DNA of 64,000 bases from the NCBI GenBank assembly GCA_951406725.2, contig OX597814.1:141484001-141548000 (forward strand). Direction: 5' to 3'. The position numbers and the translations under genes were made by a program. Origin of the DNA: Octopus vulgaris. Its lineage: Eukaryota. This document shows, piece by piece, positions 1-13,190 of this stretch; within the stretch, counting starts at the first letter, position 1; the number at the start of each line of letters is the position of its first letter. The notes beneath the pieces were generated by a model, which had not been told where the DNA came from, did no database searches, and saw nothing but the letters and a program-made list of their open reading frames with translations.

Positions 1-47
1 ATATCTGTTCCTATATGCATTCATATGTATGTATATATATGCATATG

Positions 48-115
<68 letters not shown>

Positions 116-149
116 CATATATATGGATATTTATGTATGTACCTTTATA

Positions 150-360
150 TATATATAGCTGAAATTCATAGAAAAGCAAAAGACGAAGATAGGTGACTGA
201 ACAATAAGCAAGTGTATTAGTTTGACGCTCGGTAAAAATAAAGAAAATCTTTTACGTTTCGAGCCTAGGCTCTTCAACAGAAAGGAATGGGAGAAATGCT
301 GAAAGTTTGAGAAGTGGTTCAGATATGCAAGTCCAAAGAATAGGAGGTTCAGTCAGGATT
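150..360 (-). mobile_element. Penelope-like terminal repeat (pLTR) remnant between (TA)n tracts
   Basis: Contains a minimal hammerhead motif; flanked by TA microsatellites. Confidence 0.55.
249..284 (-). ncRNA. Minimal type-I hammerhead ribozyme motif (A6>U core variant)
   Basis: Minus strand: CUUU-CUGUUGA-A-GAGC(CUAG)GCUC-GAAAC-GUA^AAAG; stem I CUUU/AAAG, stem II 4 bp, palindromic ACGU stem III. Confidence 0.7.
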
Positions 361-362
361 AA

Positions 363-393
<31 letters not shown>

Positions 394-1177
394 TTTCAAC
401 TAGATCCAGGAAGCTGATACCATAGGTTTCATACTATATACGTAAATATGTATGTGTGTGTGCGTGTGTATTAGCAAAAACCAACCGGGCGGAGACTTGC
501 TATGAATAGCAAGTAAATCTCTCTCAAGTCACAAACTGCTGTTTTAGATATAGAAAATATACCTTGGATAATAAGGCCCTACATACACTTTGTCAAAATA
601 AAAGGGTTGGTCATGGCTAGAACGTCTTTGATCATAGGTCTTCTGAAACGGCTCACATGGGTGTTAAACAACCACAAGAACAACACCTGTCACTATTTAT
701 ACAGTCATTGATGAGAGAGGAAACTGGTAATTGAATATATATTCAAGATATCACACACGGTAAGAAGATTGTTAAAATGCAAATGTAAAAGAAAACGAAA
801 TTAAGCTTTCTTCGTGAAGCTCTGGCAAAATTGTTTTCAAGGCAGGCTGCATTTGGAAAATTAGGTTGCCTGAAATAAATAGCTTTCTCTTTACGGGAAA
901 TTTCAAACAGTTCTTAAAGAATGAAGATCAAAAAGACTCTTTACTACAAACAATACATGTTTGTGAAGTGAAACCAAACAATAAAAATAAGAATAAGAAC
1001 AGTGTAATAATAATATATAGAACTGCTGGTAGACCTCTTCGCTGCTTCTCTCCTTTATTGACAACTAAATGCGTGTAACTAAATATATGTAGTGAGTAAT
1101 ATGACATTTTTACTGGAACCTTGGAACCTGCAAATCTAGCTTATTAAATGGTCTATAATATCAATGTACATACATAC

Positions 1178-1221
<44 letters not shown>

Positions 1222-1413
1222 GTTACTTCACTTTCTAATGTATAACATTACGCATTACTTAATTTTGGATTTCATGTACTGAGGAAAGTGTGTTTTGAAG
1301 TGGAACTACCAAACCATTAAAAAAAAAGCCACATTATTCAACATATTAATAGCGCGACAGATTTTAGTGGGAAGACAGTATGACTAATAAAGAGTGTAGG
1401 ATATATAGAGAGA

Positions 1414-1481
<68 letters not shown>

Positions 1482-1830
1482 TGCCAATAGATAAATAGAT
1501 AGATAAAACAGACGATGAATATTCAAGTATAAATCTATAGATGTTTATATACAAACAGAGCAAACTTACACAAAGGATTATATATTTAAAGAGATAAAAA
1601 TTTGACCGTCATATTTCTATCTCTCCACCCTGAAGACGGAGGTCGGATCTAGCTAATGTTTATTTGCCTCCATTACTGGTTGCATATTATTTACATATTA
1701 TGGGGAACTGCAACTACCAACATTATAAAGTGACTCCATGCCCCACAAACAGCTGTCCGACTTGTAACACCATAATTTCTTTCCTTTGAATTTCTATGTT
1801 TTTGTAGACTAAGTTTACTCAGTTGATATA

Positions 1831-2246
1831 CTCTCTTTTACTCTTTTACTTGTTTAAGTCATGTGACTGTGGCCATGCTGGAGCATCGCCTTTAGTCAAA
1901 CAAATCGACCCCAAGACTTATTCTTTGTAAGCCTAGTACTTATTCTATCGGTCTCTTTTGCCGAACCGCTAAGTTACGGGGACGTAAACACACCAGCATC
2001 GGTTGTCAAGCGATGTTGGGGGGACAAACACAGACACAAAAACATACACACACACACACACAAATATATATATACATATAAACGACGGGCTTCTTTCAGT
2101 TTCCGTCTACCAAATCCACTCACAAGGTTTGGTAGGCCCGAGGCTATAGTAGAAGACACTTGCCCAAGGTGCTACGCAGTGGGACTGAACCCAGGACCAT
2201 GTGGTTCGTAAGCAAGCTACTTACCACACAGCTACTCCTACGCCTA
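1831..2246 (-). mobile_element. tRNA-derived SINE family A (octopus-type), full length
   Basis: Minus-strand head TAGGCGTAGGAGTAGCTGTGTGGTAAG...GGGTTCAGTCCC (A/B boxes), internal CA/TA microsatellite, short-repeat tail; many paralogues in window. Confidence 0.9.
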
Positions 2247-2274
2247 TATATATATATATGTATATATATATATT

Positions 2275-2943
2275 TCCTGCTGCATTTGTATATTCCTTCT
2301 GCAATCGTATAATTCCTTCTGCAATTGTACATTCTTCGTCTCTTTCCTTTTCCTCCTCTTGGCTTCTTTTCTGGCCTCTCGTCCATCCTTTCCGTAGTCT
2401 GCTTCTGCAGAGGGCAGTGTGCTCTAATGTGGCCTTTTGGGCCACATTTAAAACAACGAGTTCTGCCATCCACCCACACTTTCAATACTACATCTCCGAT
2501 TGATACCGTTTCCACCAAAGTTTCTACTGTAGCCTGTATAATCAGATCCATTGTTTGTCATTTCCAAATCGAGTTTTCTGTTTCTGTGACTTGGATGACG
2601 GCTATTTCTTCCTTACTTCCCAGAAGAATAGCCGCCACGACCCAAGCCACATCTATTTCCAGTGGGATTCCCTCCACTCCAATTCTGGTAGTCCTTCTTC
2701 CCAAATAAGTGGGTAGAAGGACCACTTTGATTTTACTGTGTTTATCGCGTGTTCCCTTGCTTTGTCTTCCGTCTTGAAATGGACTATAATAGTTCCGAAT
2801 TTATTTCCTCTGACCAAATACGTTATGTCTTGCCAGACTGAGCACAATACCTTTTCTATAATTCCAGCATCTACATGTTCTATTTTCTTTTCCTTCACTG
2901 AGTATACCTTGTATACTACAGTCTTCTTGTCCATTTCGTCCAT
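2275..2943 (-). pseudogene. Decayed non-LTR ORF1 (L1/Tx1-like; RRM-like region plus CCHC zinc knuckle)
   Basis: ORF 2653-2943 joins by frameshift to ORF 2144-2551 with CFKCGPKGHIRAHC (CX2CX4HX4C); frameshift and stop present. Confidence 0.7.
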
Positions 2944-5519
2944 TATCTTCTGAGTATCTCTTTATAAATTTCCGTTATATATATTGAAACGACACATTAC
3001 ATCTGACAAATAGTTTTTATTAGTTAATAACCTTTCTTGAAAATATTCAAAATTACTTTTAATTCCTTCAATTCTTTTTCTGCGTGCATCTACAAGTTTA
3101 GACACAAATTAGGTTTCATTTCCTATTTATACTTTCATTATTCTTTGCACTTACCATTTCTCGCTGCTTATCACAAGTATCTATTATCGTGTTGCCTTTT
3201 TACGTGTAGCCATATTTGGCGTACTTAATAAAATGGGAAGAGACAAATCTGCACTCCAGATAAGGTAGTGCATTCTTATCCATGAAACTTAAGTAGCAAG
3301 TTTGAATGAATTAAAATACCGTATTAGAACCACACGCACACATAAACATATACACAAAATAACACACACATATATGGCGAAGAGAGTGGGAATTGAGTTG
3401 AATGAAAAGAGGAAACATGTGGGAAAAGATAGATGGGAGACGTGATATATGAGAATAGAAAGGAAAAGAATTTTAAATAATTACGAGCTTTAACATAAGG
3501 AGCTTTGAAACATTCAATAATCATTTGCTTGGAGTTCGAATACAACCAGGACTGAATCTGATTTGAATCCCTTTAAGTTCGGTAGAATAATTACTTAAAA
3601 TATTTTTGGTTTTTGTTTTTGGCATGAGTCCATACATAATTGCGCGAAGGCAGGAAATGAAATTGACGTTCAAGCCTTTTCCAAGTATATTGCAGCGTTA
3701 GTAGTTCTATGATATTCATGCTTTCATGCACGTATGTATTGACTTGTGTATATGTGTAGGTGTGCGTATGTGCATATGTGTGTGTGTGTGTTTGTGGAAA
3801 GAGGCAGTGGGGGGGGGGGGGGGCAATAATGGAATGACCACCAAAGTAGTTGGTCCTTGAAAAGGATAAAACATGCTTTAATTGAATATATATATATATA
3901 TATACATAAGCGGTGAGCCAATGACTAAACGTCCATGAAGACACTCTACCGCCTGAGATTAACTGACGAATCGCCCTCAAAGACACTCTGTTTCTTCTCT
4001 TCAAAGAGGACAGTTACAATGGATAATGTAATCCTAAATTCACGGTGTCTGAACGGAATACACAATGTCCATAAGTGCAACGCGTCTCATACCGTGTCTC
4101 AGTTTGTTAACTACCACCTTCTTATTCTAAGTCAGCTGTTCTAAATCGTCGTTGTATAATTCCGAAAAGATCATGATCACAAATCTTTAACGCTTGAAAT
4201 ATTTAGTACAGTGTAAAATGATCACCGATATATTTATGCAATAAGCCATATGCTGTATGAAAGTTACAACGCAACATCTTTAAATGAAAAACCGAGGAAT
4301 ATTTCCCCATGAAAAGGATCAAATGCAGTGACGGCAGTCGGTCTTCCGATCAAACCAAGAATATGATGTTTCCGTTGTTATTTTTTAATTTTTATTTGTT
4401 GGTACTCTCTGACCGTCGTAAATACTGATAGAAGTATCATCGAGCTTTTTTCGGTGGCACGAAGTCTGTTTTGAACTCAGAACGGACAAATTCACATAGT
4501 ACCCCGTCCGACACTCTAACAATCCTACCAATCCACATTCTGGGAATGATATATTATTTGCCGTCCTCGAAATAATTCCTGACAAAGTTGTCGTTGGCAA
4601 AATCTGAACCCAGGGGACACAGAATAAGAACACATACAACAAAACATTCTGTCGACTTCCTTACATCTTTGCTAATTCATCGACCCACGTATATCGTATT
4701 TATTTATGATGTGTGTGTGTGTGTGTGTGTGTATTTATGTATGCATGAATGCATGTATGCATATTTCATTTTTAAAAGGGATCGCAGATGATTATGGATC
4801 TGTCGAAAAAGGTTGTCGCCATAGTAAAAGCTTTGGAATCGCTGCTTTACAACGTACATCAGCAATAGATTGCTATCGATTCAATCGATTCTATTGTTAA
4901 AATCTCACAGCTGATAGAAAATTTTTCACTTGGAGTTTAGCAAGAAAATACGATTAACGTAGTTTTGTCACGGAATTTACCCACAAAATTTGTTATTCTT
5001 ACGCACAAATGAGTTTTATGATGCAAAGTAGATTTCTCCTCTACGCCAATCAAAAATCTTCAGTTCAATTGTGATAACATACTTCAAAGAATCTGGAAAA
5101 AAATATTGCTGGGAAAAACATTATCAAAGTATCACACAGAGGACTTTTAGAACCAGCAGCTATTGGTGTTGGAATAGTAAATGCTTTGACAATCTGTGTT
5201 ATATTTCGGAATTCAAATCCCAATAAGGTTAGTTATCTATCATGAAGTGTTGAGCAGCAACAATGCGTTATAGATAAAATACGCCCAGCAGCGTTATTCT
5301 ATGATACAACAGTATAATAACTTCTGTGATGACCACAGCGAGATGGTGGAATCGTTAGATCGTTGAAAGTAAAATAAAATACCTTGCGGTAACTGTTCCT
5401 GCTCTTTACATTTTAAGTTCAAAGCCCGCCCATGTCAACATTGCTCTTCATCCTTTTGGGTTGATAAAATAACTACCCCTAAAATTGGGGTCGATGGAAT
5501 CTCGGCATGTAGAACACTG

Positions 5520-5735
5520 GGGTCGATGGGCTGCTCGACATGAAGATAATTCTAACTGGGCCCAGCTGCAAGGTCATGCGCTTTTATCTTCATATGAGAT
5601 TGCCAAGTCGCGCACACATGGTTGTGATGCATGTGCCTTGTGTAGCCTTATAAAACGTGTAGTCATGATGAGTATACTGGGCTTCGTATATGTGTACCCC
5701 AGTGTCACTTTGATGGTATTCGCTACACTCTGACA
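5520..5735 (+). mobile_element. (TAA)n-associated non-coding repeat family C, truncated copy
   Basis: Reverse complement of 29054-29258 and 24915-25130; ends in ATAATAAT. Confidence 0.75.
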
Positions 5736-5789
5736 TAATAATATTATTAATATATCTAACACTCAGCTTTTTGCTGAGGGTGTCATTAA

Positions 5790-5945
5790 TGTAGCAGCTG
5801 ATTACTTCCCGTGAATTAAGGTGGCACTGTCTTTTCAAGTTTCAAGAACTTTACAGAGTCTCCGTGCTCTGCTAATTAATGCTGTTCGCTGGATGTGCTC
5901 TATGTTCATTTTCATGTCTGTCTTTTTTACCAACATTTTTCAATT
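5790..5945 (-). mobile_element. R4/Dong-type LINE extreme C-terminus plus 3' UTR
   Basis: Minus strand reads MNIEHIQRTALISRARRLCKVLET*, matching IQKIALLGTAHILRRTLSIQ* of ORF 25969-26208. Confidence 0.7.
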
Positions 5946-6026
5946 TTTTGCACACTGTACTACGAACATCAACATTGACCCGAAATATTATTATCACTAC
6001 CATTCGGGTTGTTGTTGTTTTGTTGC

Positions 6027-6078
<52 letters not shown>

Positions 6079-6111
6079 GTTGTTGTTGTTGTTGTTGTTG
6101 CTGTTGTTGTA

Positions 6112-6510
6112 AGGTGTCTTGCTGGCAGAATCGTTAGCGCGCCGGACGAAATGCTTAGCAGTATTTCACTCGTCGCTACGTTCTGAATTCAAATTCCGCC
6201 CAGGTCGACTTTACCTTTCATTGTTTCGGGGTCGATAAAATAAGTACCAGTTGAACACTGGCGGCGATGTAATCAACTCATCCCCTCCCCCAAACTTGCT
6301 GCCCTTTTGGCAAAATTTGAAACCGTTATGGTTATGATTATTATTATTCTAAGGCGGCGAGCTGGCAGAAAGGTTAGCACGTGTGGACGAAATGCTTAGT
6401 GATATTTCGCTCCTCGCTACGTTCTAAGTTCAAATTCCGCCAAGGTCGACATTGCCTTTCATCCTTACAGAGTGTATAAATTAAGTAGCAGTGAAACACT
6501 GGGGTCGGCA
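6112..6510 (+). mobile_element. Two adjacent copies of tRNA-derived SINE family B
   Basis: GCTGGCAGAAnnGTTAGC...TTCAAATTCCGCC...CCTTTCAT...TAAGTA repeated at ~6112 and ~6352. Confidence 0.85.
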
Positions 6511-7130
6511 CAGAATCCTCACCATGTCTTGTTGGCCATCATCGTATTCTTGCGATATAGTTCTTCCTATTACTTCTGCTTCTTTTACTGAGAATGCATT
6601 TACATTTACACTTTGCTCTACGTCTTCACTGCTGCCATTCATTTCTCTGTCCTCGTCGGATACGTTATCTGCTGGTGAAGTATTACTTCTAGTTTCTACT
6701 TTCCTTTTTAGCTTTTCTATTTCCATATCTGTTAACCGCCCTTTTGCTCTTACTGCTCTTGCCTGGTCAGCTAACCGTTGGTCACTTATTTCAAAGATTC
6801 CTATTTCATTCCATTTTTTGCTTTCATGCGTTGTCGGAATCCTTTTCTACTGGGTTCACTTCTGATCTAGCATTCAATTACCGTTCGGGGTGCCTCCTGA
6901 TCCCACCTTCTTCTCTGCCTCTGGCTTTGTGTATAAGCAGTTTCTGGATGACGGCCCGTCCTTTCGCTCGCAAGCGAAAGGCTGTGTCAGGCGAAAGGCT
7001 TTCACCTTTGGTTCCAGCCTCATTAACACTATTATTTGATACATTTGTACTAGATATTTTCACTCAACATTGAGGTTTGTGTTCTAAGGTTAGCCACCAA
7101 CAGGTATTATTATCGAAAGGCCATCTCTAA
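6510..7130 (-). mobile_element. R4/Dong-type LINE 5' portion (N-terminal Myb-like region plus leader)
   Basis: Minus strand [40 protein letters not shown] resembles R4-clade N-termini; bounded by TAA repeats at ~7130. Confidence 0.6.
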
Positions 7131-7668
7131 TTATTATTATTATTTGCTTGGTGGCTGTGACGAAAGAGGTTGTTTGGTGGACGAGACTGAAAGACCAGAG
7201 AACAGATACATTCCTCTATGGTAGGGCTCTCATTGACTTCTTCACGTTTCACTTATAAAGGAAATTGAGAGTGTAAATCATAACCATAACGGTTTCAAAA
7301 GTGCTGTCTTCGAGTGAGTTTATTGAAAGGTAGGCGAAAATGGCAAAAGTGGATGGTACCTCTCTAAGTGTAGACCTGTGAGTCGGAGAGAAGGAATTGG
7401 ATAGGGCACTTGCCCTTGGGGTTTCAGAGAAATCTCGGACAGTGGGGTTCCTCGATTATCCCTAGAGACCTTCCTGTATCAGGAAGGCCATATCTCTATA
7501 ATCGTCTTTATTGTAACCTTTGTATGCTATGCATATGTCCCTTCTTTTTCAGTGTATACCCTGTGTACATATCCCTTTTTTTACCCTTTCATTATATGTA
7601 AACCCCCCACACTTTATGTCTGTCTTTGTATTGTTCCCCTCATCCTTCAACCTTGTGGCAAATAAATG

Positions 7669-7705
<37 letters not shown>

Positions 7706-8144
7706 TACCATTATTACCATTATTATTATTATTATTATTATTATTATCATCATCATCATCATCATCATCATTATTATTATTGCTGTTGTTGCTGTTATTC
7801 TGAAAAAAATAATTGCATCTGTTGCATTGTGGTACAGTGAAATATCTTCCTGAACAAATAAAACTTCGAAAAATAATTGCACTTCAAAATCAACGAAACC
7901 GAAGTCAACCAGACTCAGTGATTATTTCTCACAGCCTAATGATTTCCTATCGTACTACACCTCCTCTTAGCATTTATCAAGCATTTCCTCCCCTATTCAC
8001 TCGTTATTCTTTCCATCGTATTTCACATTATTTCTTCTTTCTCTTCATTTTTGTCTTCTTCTTCATCTTCTCGTAACCGTCGTCTCTTCCTCCTCTCCTT
8101 GTCTCCTCCTCATTATGTGGTCGGAGCCGTAGGCCTGAAATAAC

Positions 8145-8345
8145 ATGTCATCAAGTGGAGTCTGCAATGTATCCAGTTTCTGTTTAACCCAGAAGACCAT
8201 AAGGGTCTCCTTGAATTGTAACCTACTGAGGGAGAAAAAAAGAACGTCAATCAAATTGGTGATGCCTGGTAGAAGGTCCAGTTACTACTACACATGTGGT
8301 AGTGAAAGTCATTCGAGAGCCTCTTGTCCAAAACAAAGAATGAGT
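8145..8345 (+). pseudogene. Decayed ORF1 zinc-knuckle fragment
   Basis: MPGRRSSYYYTCGSESHSRASCPK is CX2CX4HX4C with the first C mutated. Confidence 0.45.
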
Positions 8346-8690
8346 TGAGCCGCTGGAGTGTTAAACAAAATACCTCGTGGAATTTCTTCCGATTTACCTT
8401 TTCAGTTTAAATACTACAGAGGTCAACTTTACTTTTCGTCCCTTCGCGTTCGATGAAATAAAGTACAAATCAAGAAGTGGGATCGATATAATCGATTAAC
8501 CTCTCTCTTCAAAACCTCTTGCGGTGGGTTCGCAGAGTCGTTAGTGCCAGAAAAAATGTTTTGTTTCAAATCACACCGAAGTCAACCTTGTCTTTCATCC
8601 TTTCGGGGTCAATATAATAAAGTATCAGTCAAGTACTGGGGTCATGTAACATACTAACTTCCACTCCAGAAAATTATTAGCCTTGGTCTA
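8345..8690 (+). mobile_element. Two degenerate SINE B copies
   Basis: GGTCAACTTT...GATGAAATAAAGTAC and CATCCTTTCGGGGTCAAT...AAGTATCAG motifs. Confidence 0.7.
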
Positions 8691-8699
8691 TATTCTTTT

Positions 8700-9095
8700 C
8701 TACTCTAGGTACAAGGCCCGAAATTTTGGGGGAGGACGCCAGTCGATTAGTTCGACCCCAGTACGCAACTGGTACTTAACTTATCCACCCCAAAAGGATG
8801 AAATGCAAATTTGACCTCGGCGGAATTTGAACTCAGAATGTAAAGACAGACGAAGTACCTATTTCTTTACTACCCATAAGGGGCTAAACACAAAAGGGAC
8901 AAACAAGGACAGACAAACGGATTAAGTCGATTATATCGACCCCAGTGCGTAACTGGTACTTATTTAATCGACACCGAAAGAATGAAAAGCAAAGTCGACC
9001 TCGGCGGAATTTGAACTCAGAACGTAGCGGCAGACGAAATACCGCTAGGCATTTTGCCCGGCGTGCTAACGTCTCTGCCATCTCGTCGCTTTGCC
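8700..9095 (-). mobile_element. SINE B with internal tandem duplication
   Basis: Reverse complement of 33997-34580 units; two GACCTCGGCGGAATTTGAACTCAGAA blocks. Confidence 0.9.
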
Positions 9096-9239
9096 GTGGC
9101 CTTTATTAGAAACATTGATTGCGTTACACAGTATTAAGAGTTGTTCCTCTTAGGTTTATTTAGAATAACAACGGTAATAAAGAGAAAGAAATGATGTTCT
9201 AATGGAATTGAAAGGAAATATATTTACACGAAATCATTT

Positions 9240-9600
9240 CTTTTATCTTTGTGGGAATCATTGGACTGCGGCCACACTAGGTCATCTTTGCGAAGGATTT
9301 AGTCGAACAAATCTACCCCAGTACTTATTATAATGTATTTATTTATTTATTTTGTAAAGCATGGTACTTATTCTACCGGATCTATTTTGCCGAACCACTA
9401 AGTTACGAGGACGTAAACAAACCAGCACCGGTTGTCAAGCAGCGGTGATGGGAAACAAACACAAACACCCACACATACTAATATGTACATTACATTGGCC
9501 GGCCCGGGACTATAGAAGACACTTGCCCATAGTATCGCTCATCGGGGCTGGCCCTGAAATGGCTGTAAAGAAGACTTCTTAATCACACAGCTGCATCTAC
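9240..9600 (-). mobile_element. Degenerate SINE A
   Basis: TTTTGCCGAACCACTAAGTTACG, ACCGGTTGTCAAGC and TAGAAGACACTTGCCCA motifs. Confidence 0.8.
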
Positions 9601-10519
9601 AAGTAGTTTCCTATTGTACATTTTGACGCCATGTTTATCAGTTTTGTAATGCCACTGGCCAAGTAGGGTCAATATTTTTCCATGAAATTTTCATCACATT
9701 TTCAGTTTAGTTTTTATTTTTAATTTAAAAATAATCCACGATAATTTGTATTATAATTACAATTATACATTATAATTTGTAAGCTATGACAGAGTTCGCT
9801 TGTATTTTTATTAGGCACTCTTCAATTTAAATGTTTTATTTTTACATTTGCTATCTTTGGTTACTAACAATTAAGAACGCATCCCTTTAAAGTAGCTAAT
9901 CTGCAAGGATAAACAGTTATTTTAGATCAAGATTAATTCCTCTCTAGATTTTTATGCATTTATATTATGGTTGTCTTGGTTTTGGAGGGTAGAATGTAAC
10001 TGTAAAATATACATATAGTATGGTAACTTATTCCTCTTGTGTCCATGTAGTTTCTGTGTTTTATTTGTGTACGTAGGAGTAAAATCCTTCCCATTATTTT
10101 TATTGGGTACTGGTTTAGTTGTTTTCAGTGATGCGGAATGTTTCACTTGCCACTTTACGTATTTTTATGCATCAAATTCAATATTCATTCTCCTTATCTC
10201 GTTTTTATATCTGGGTACTATTTTTTGCTTTTGTTTAAATTTCTCGTTGATTTGACATGTTCTCTGTTATGTAGTGTATTTACACGTGTTTACATGTGAT
10301 TGCCTTCTAGTGGTTGCTTTTTAGTGATTCGCGTGAAGATTACAATACAGTGCTTATATAAGGCAAAAAGCAGTATCATTTTACTAAATGGTATTACATA
10401 CACAAAGATTATAAAATATTTACACCATTTGTTTTCATTCTTCGTTATTATTTCATCAGTGTTAATGTATGTTTTCGATACAGTGAAGTAGTAATATCAG
10501 TTGCATTCGTCCGAACTTC

Positions 10520-10785
10520 CTTCTTTATTATTATTTCTTCTGTTTATCACATGTTTTGTTGGAGCTCTGGTGTCTTACATGCGTAGCGGACTTGCTACCT
10601 GCAGCCTACGGTACCGTGCTATCCATACTTTTCAGCTATCTAATACTTTCCTGATTATTTTGGGCGTGCCAACGAGGCATACCTTTTGTAACAGTTTTAC
10701 TGGGCACTCTATTCCAATTTCCTTTATATTCCCCTTGATGCCTTCTGATACTGTTCCCAAGGAACCAACAATAATTGGCACTTAT
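10520..10785 (-). mobile_element. R4/Dong-type LINE 3' end
   Basis: Minus strand VPIIVGSLGTVSEGIKGNIKEIGIECPVKLLQKVCLVGTPRIIRKVLDS*. Confidence 0.85.
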
Positions 10786-10786
10786 T

Positions 10787-10963
10787 ATTACCTCCGCCTT
10801 AGCGGAGGTATTGTTTTCAGTCGCGTTTGTTTGTTTGTTCGTGGACAAGATACCTGAAGAACCGCTGGATGGATTCGAATGAAACTTTTAGGGATGTTTG
10901 GGTTCGTGACTGGCACGAACTGCTTAGATTTTGGGATCGATCCGGTCCCGGACAAGGATTCTG

Positions 10964-11014
<51 letters not shown>

Positions 11015-11015
11015 G

Positions 11016-11048
<33 letters not shown>

Positions 11049-11067
11049 CTTCTTCTTCTTCTTCTTC

Positions 11068-11132
<65 letters not shown>

Positions 11133-11240
11133 CTGCGGTTGATGCGCTTCACTTCTGTTAGTAAACGGATAATTTTTTTCTTGGAAATATTTTATTTCAT
11201 TTAATTTTTTTTAACATTACGTGAAATAAGAAACCCTTCT
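10787..11240 (+). mobile_element. Helentron-associated non-autonomous element (HINE/DINE-1/Pearl-like), interrupted by (TTA)n/(TTC)n
   Basis: Terminal hairpin TACCTCCGC-CTTA-GCGGAGGTA, then TTGTTTTC, (GTTT)n and GATGGATT..ATGAAACTT, as in HINE left ends. Confidence 0.55.
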
Positions 11241-11499
11241 TCACTATGTGAAGAGCAGGACCGCTAATGCAGGCCATAAGAGGCACCTTTCTTACAGCAA
11301 AAACTTCACCACCTCATAAATTTTAACGTTTAAAATGATAGTGATACCAAAACACACGTCCAAAGTTTATGAAGTGATAGAAGGCAGACCGATTTCCCTA
11401 AAACAATGTGTAATGCCGATTCCTCTTACCTCAACTTAAACACAGCTTGTCTACCAATGATAGTAGTCACGGAAAAATAGACGAATACGAAAACAATAG

Positions 11500-12215
11500 T
11501 AACAACAACAATGCGTTACAGAAGATGGTGGAAGATTTTGAGTGTCTGAAAGTGCATGCAAAGTGGGTATCACTGCAATTGGCACCGGATTTGAAGCAGA
11601 GAAGGGTGTAAGTCTCTTCTGTCCTGCTGGGAGAGTTTAAATCCAACGAAAGGAAGAGGAAGAAACATAGCCGTTTATTTATGATTCTGAAACGAAATCT
11701 CAGTTTATGGAATGACGTCACACCTTTTCTCCGATGCCAAAAATGTTCAAGAGCCAGCAGTCGGCACTAAAAGTCAAGGCGATCGTCTTTTGAGATGACA
11801 AGGACTTCATTCTCCATGATTTTTTAGAAAACATCTATATCGAGACCAGCGAGTGGTACATTGAGAAACTCAAAAACCTTAGGATTTGGCGGAATAGACC
11901 GAACAAGAATCTAAAAACGATATACCTTCACCATCACAATGCACAACCACAGATATCTTTGATAACAAATCAAGTAATTATCAACATGGGCTGGTTAGTG
12001 TTCACCCTCTATCGTAAACCCTAGGTCAGGTGCCTTTCGACTTTCGTCTGATAAGTCCAATGAAGGACAATCTTCGTCAAAAACATGTCACATACGAGGA
12101 GAAAGTAACTGTAAAGAAGTGGCTATAATAGCGCACGCTTAAAGTTTTTCGAATAGGATTCGAGAGTTAAATTCAACGATGACGCAAACGCATCGCTTGT
12201 ACTGCAGATTTGTTG
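11500..12215 (+). pseudogene. Decayed mariner (Tc1/mariner) transposase
   Basis: Piecewise translation: KVHAKWVS (WVP motif), YDSETKSQFME, FKSQQSALKVKAIVF*DDKD, LHHHNA, decayed YSPDLAP region (VPFDFRL..MKDNLR), VKKWL. Confidence 0.8.
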
Positions 12216-12809
12216 ACTGGTACATTTGTATAGAGGAAGTGTTAGTCTGTCAACATATCACTTTGAGCGACCTATTTTAGTTAATAAAGAAGCCTATACC
12301 CTCATTTGCATTATTTTCGGGTCAAGCCTCGTAGTTCAGAAGCTGGGTCAATGTAATTGCTTAATTTTCAGCAAGTTTCTGCACAACATTGTGTTAGTTT
12401 TGATATGTCGATTATTAATACTCTGTTGTTATTTTTGCCATAGTGAATGATGTCAGGCTTTATTATAATGCTATCTGGTGACAGGTCTGTGTGCTAAAGT
12501 GCTATGGTATTGTCAAATCATCGTTGTCAAAGAGGGGTAAATCATTATATGAATATCAAGAGGTTTACTTTGAACTGTGAAAATCTCAGGTTCATAAGGC
12601 TATGAATTCGAATCCTGTATTTGGTGGCGGGTTATGTCCTTGAAAAAAGTACTTCATTCCACGTTATTTCAGTCTACCCTGCTGAAAAGAGTACCAGTCG
12701 AGCGCTGGTGCAAACCTCTCTCCTCCCGCTGTTATATCTTTGATGATCCGCTGGGTCAAGCGCAAAAGGAGTGGAAAGTTGCATATGCTTTCTTGCGACT
12801 CGATGGATT

Positions 12810-13190
12810 CTTGATAGCAAGACAACTTTGTTGTTTCATTGCATTTCTGAGTTCTGAGTTCAACTGCGACCGTGATCTACTTTGCCGTTCATCCTTTCGG
12901 AGTCGATAAATAAAGTATCAGTTGAGAACTGAGATCGATATAATCGACTCCTTTTAAAAGTGCTAGCCTTATGTCAAAGTTTAGAACCATTTGGGAGTGA
13001 GCTAGTAGAAACAGTAGCACAGTTGACAAAATGCTTAGCGCTATTTTTTCTGGCTTTACGTTCTGAGTTCAAATTCCCCCGAGGTCTTCGTTGCCTTTCC
13101 AGTGTTCCGGAGTTCGATAGAATAAGAACCTGTTGAGATCGATCTAACCGACTAATCTCCTCCCCAAAATTCCAGGCCTTGTGTCTCTGA
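12810..13190 (+). mobile_element. Two degenerate SINE B copies
   Basis: TTCTGAGTTCAA, CATCCTTTCGGAGTCGATAAA and AAATGCTTAGCG motifs. Confidence 0.75.

Noticed and set aside
700-735. TTGATGA...GAAACTGGTA hammerhead-like string
   Set aside because: No stem II and C3 is missing; compatible with chance.
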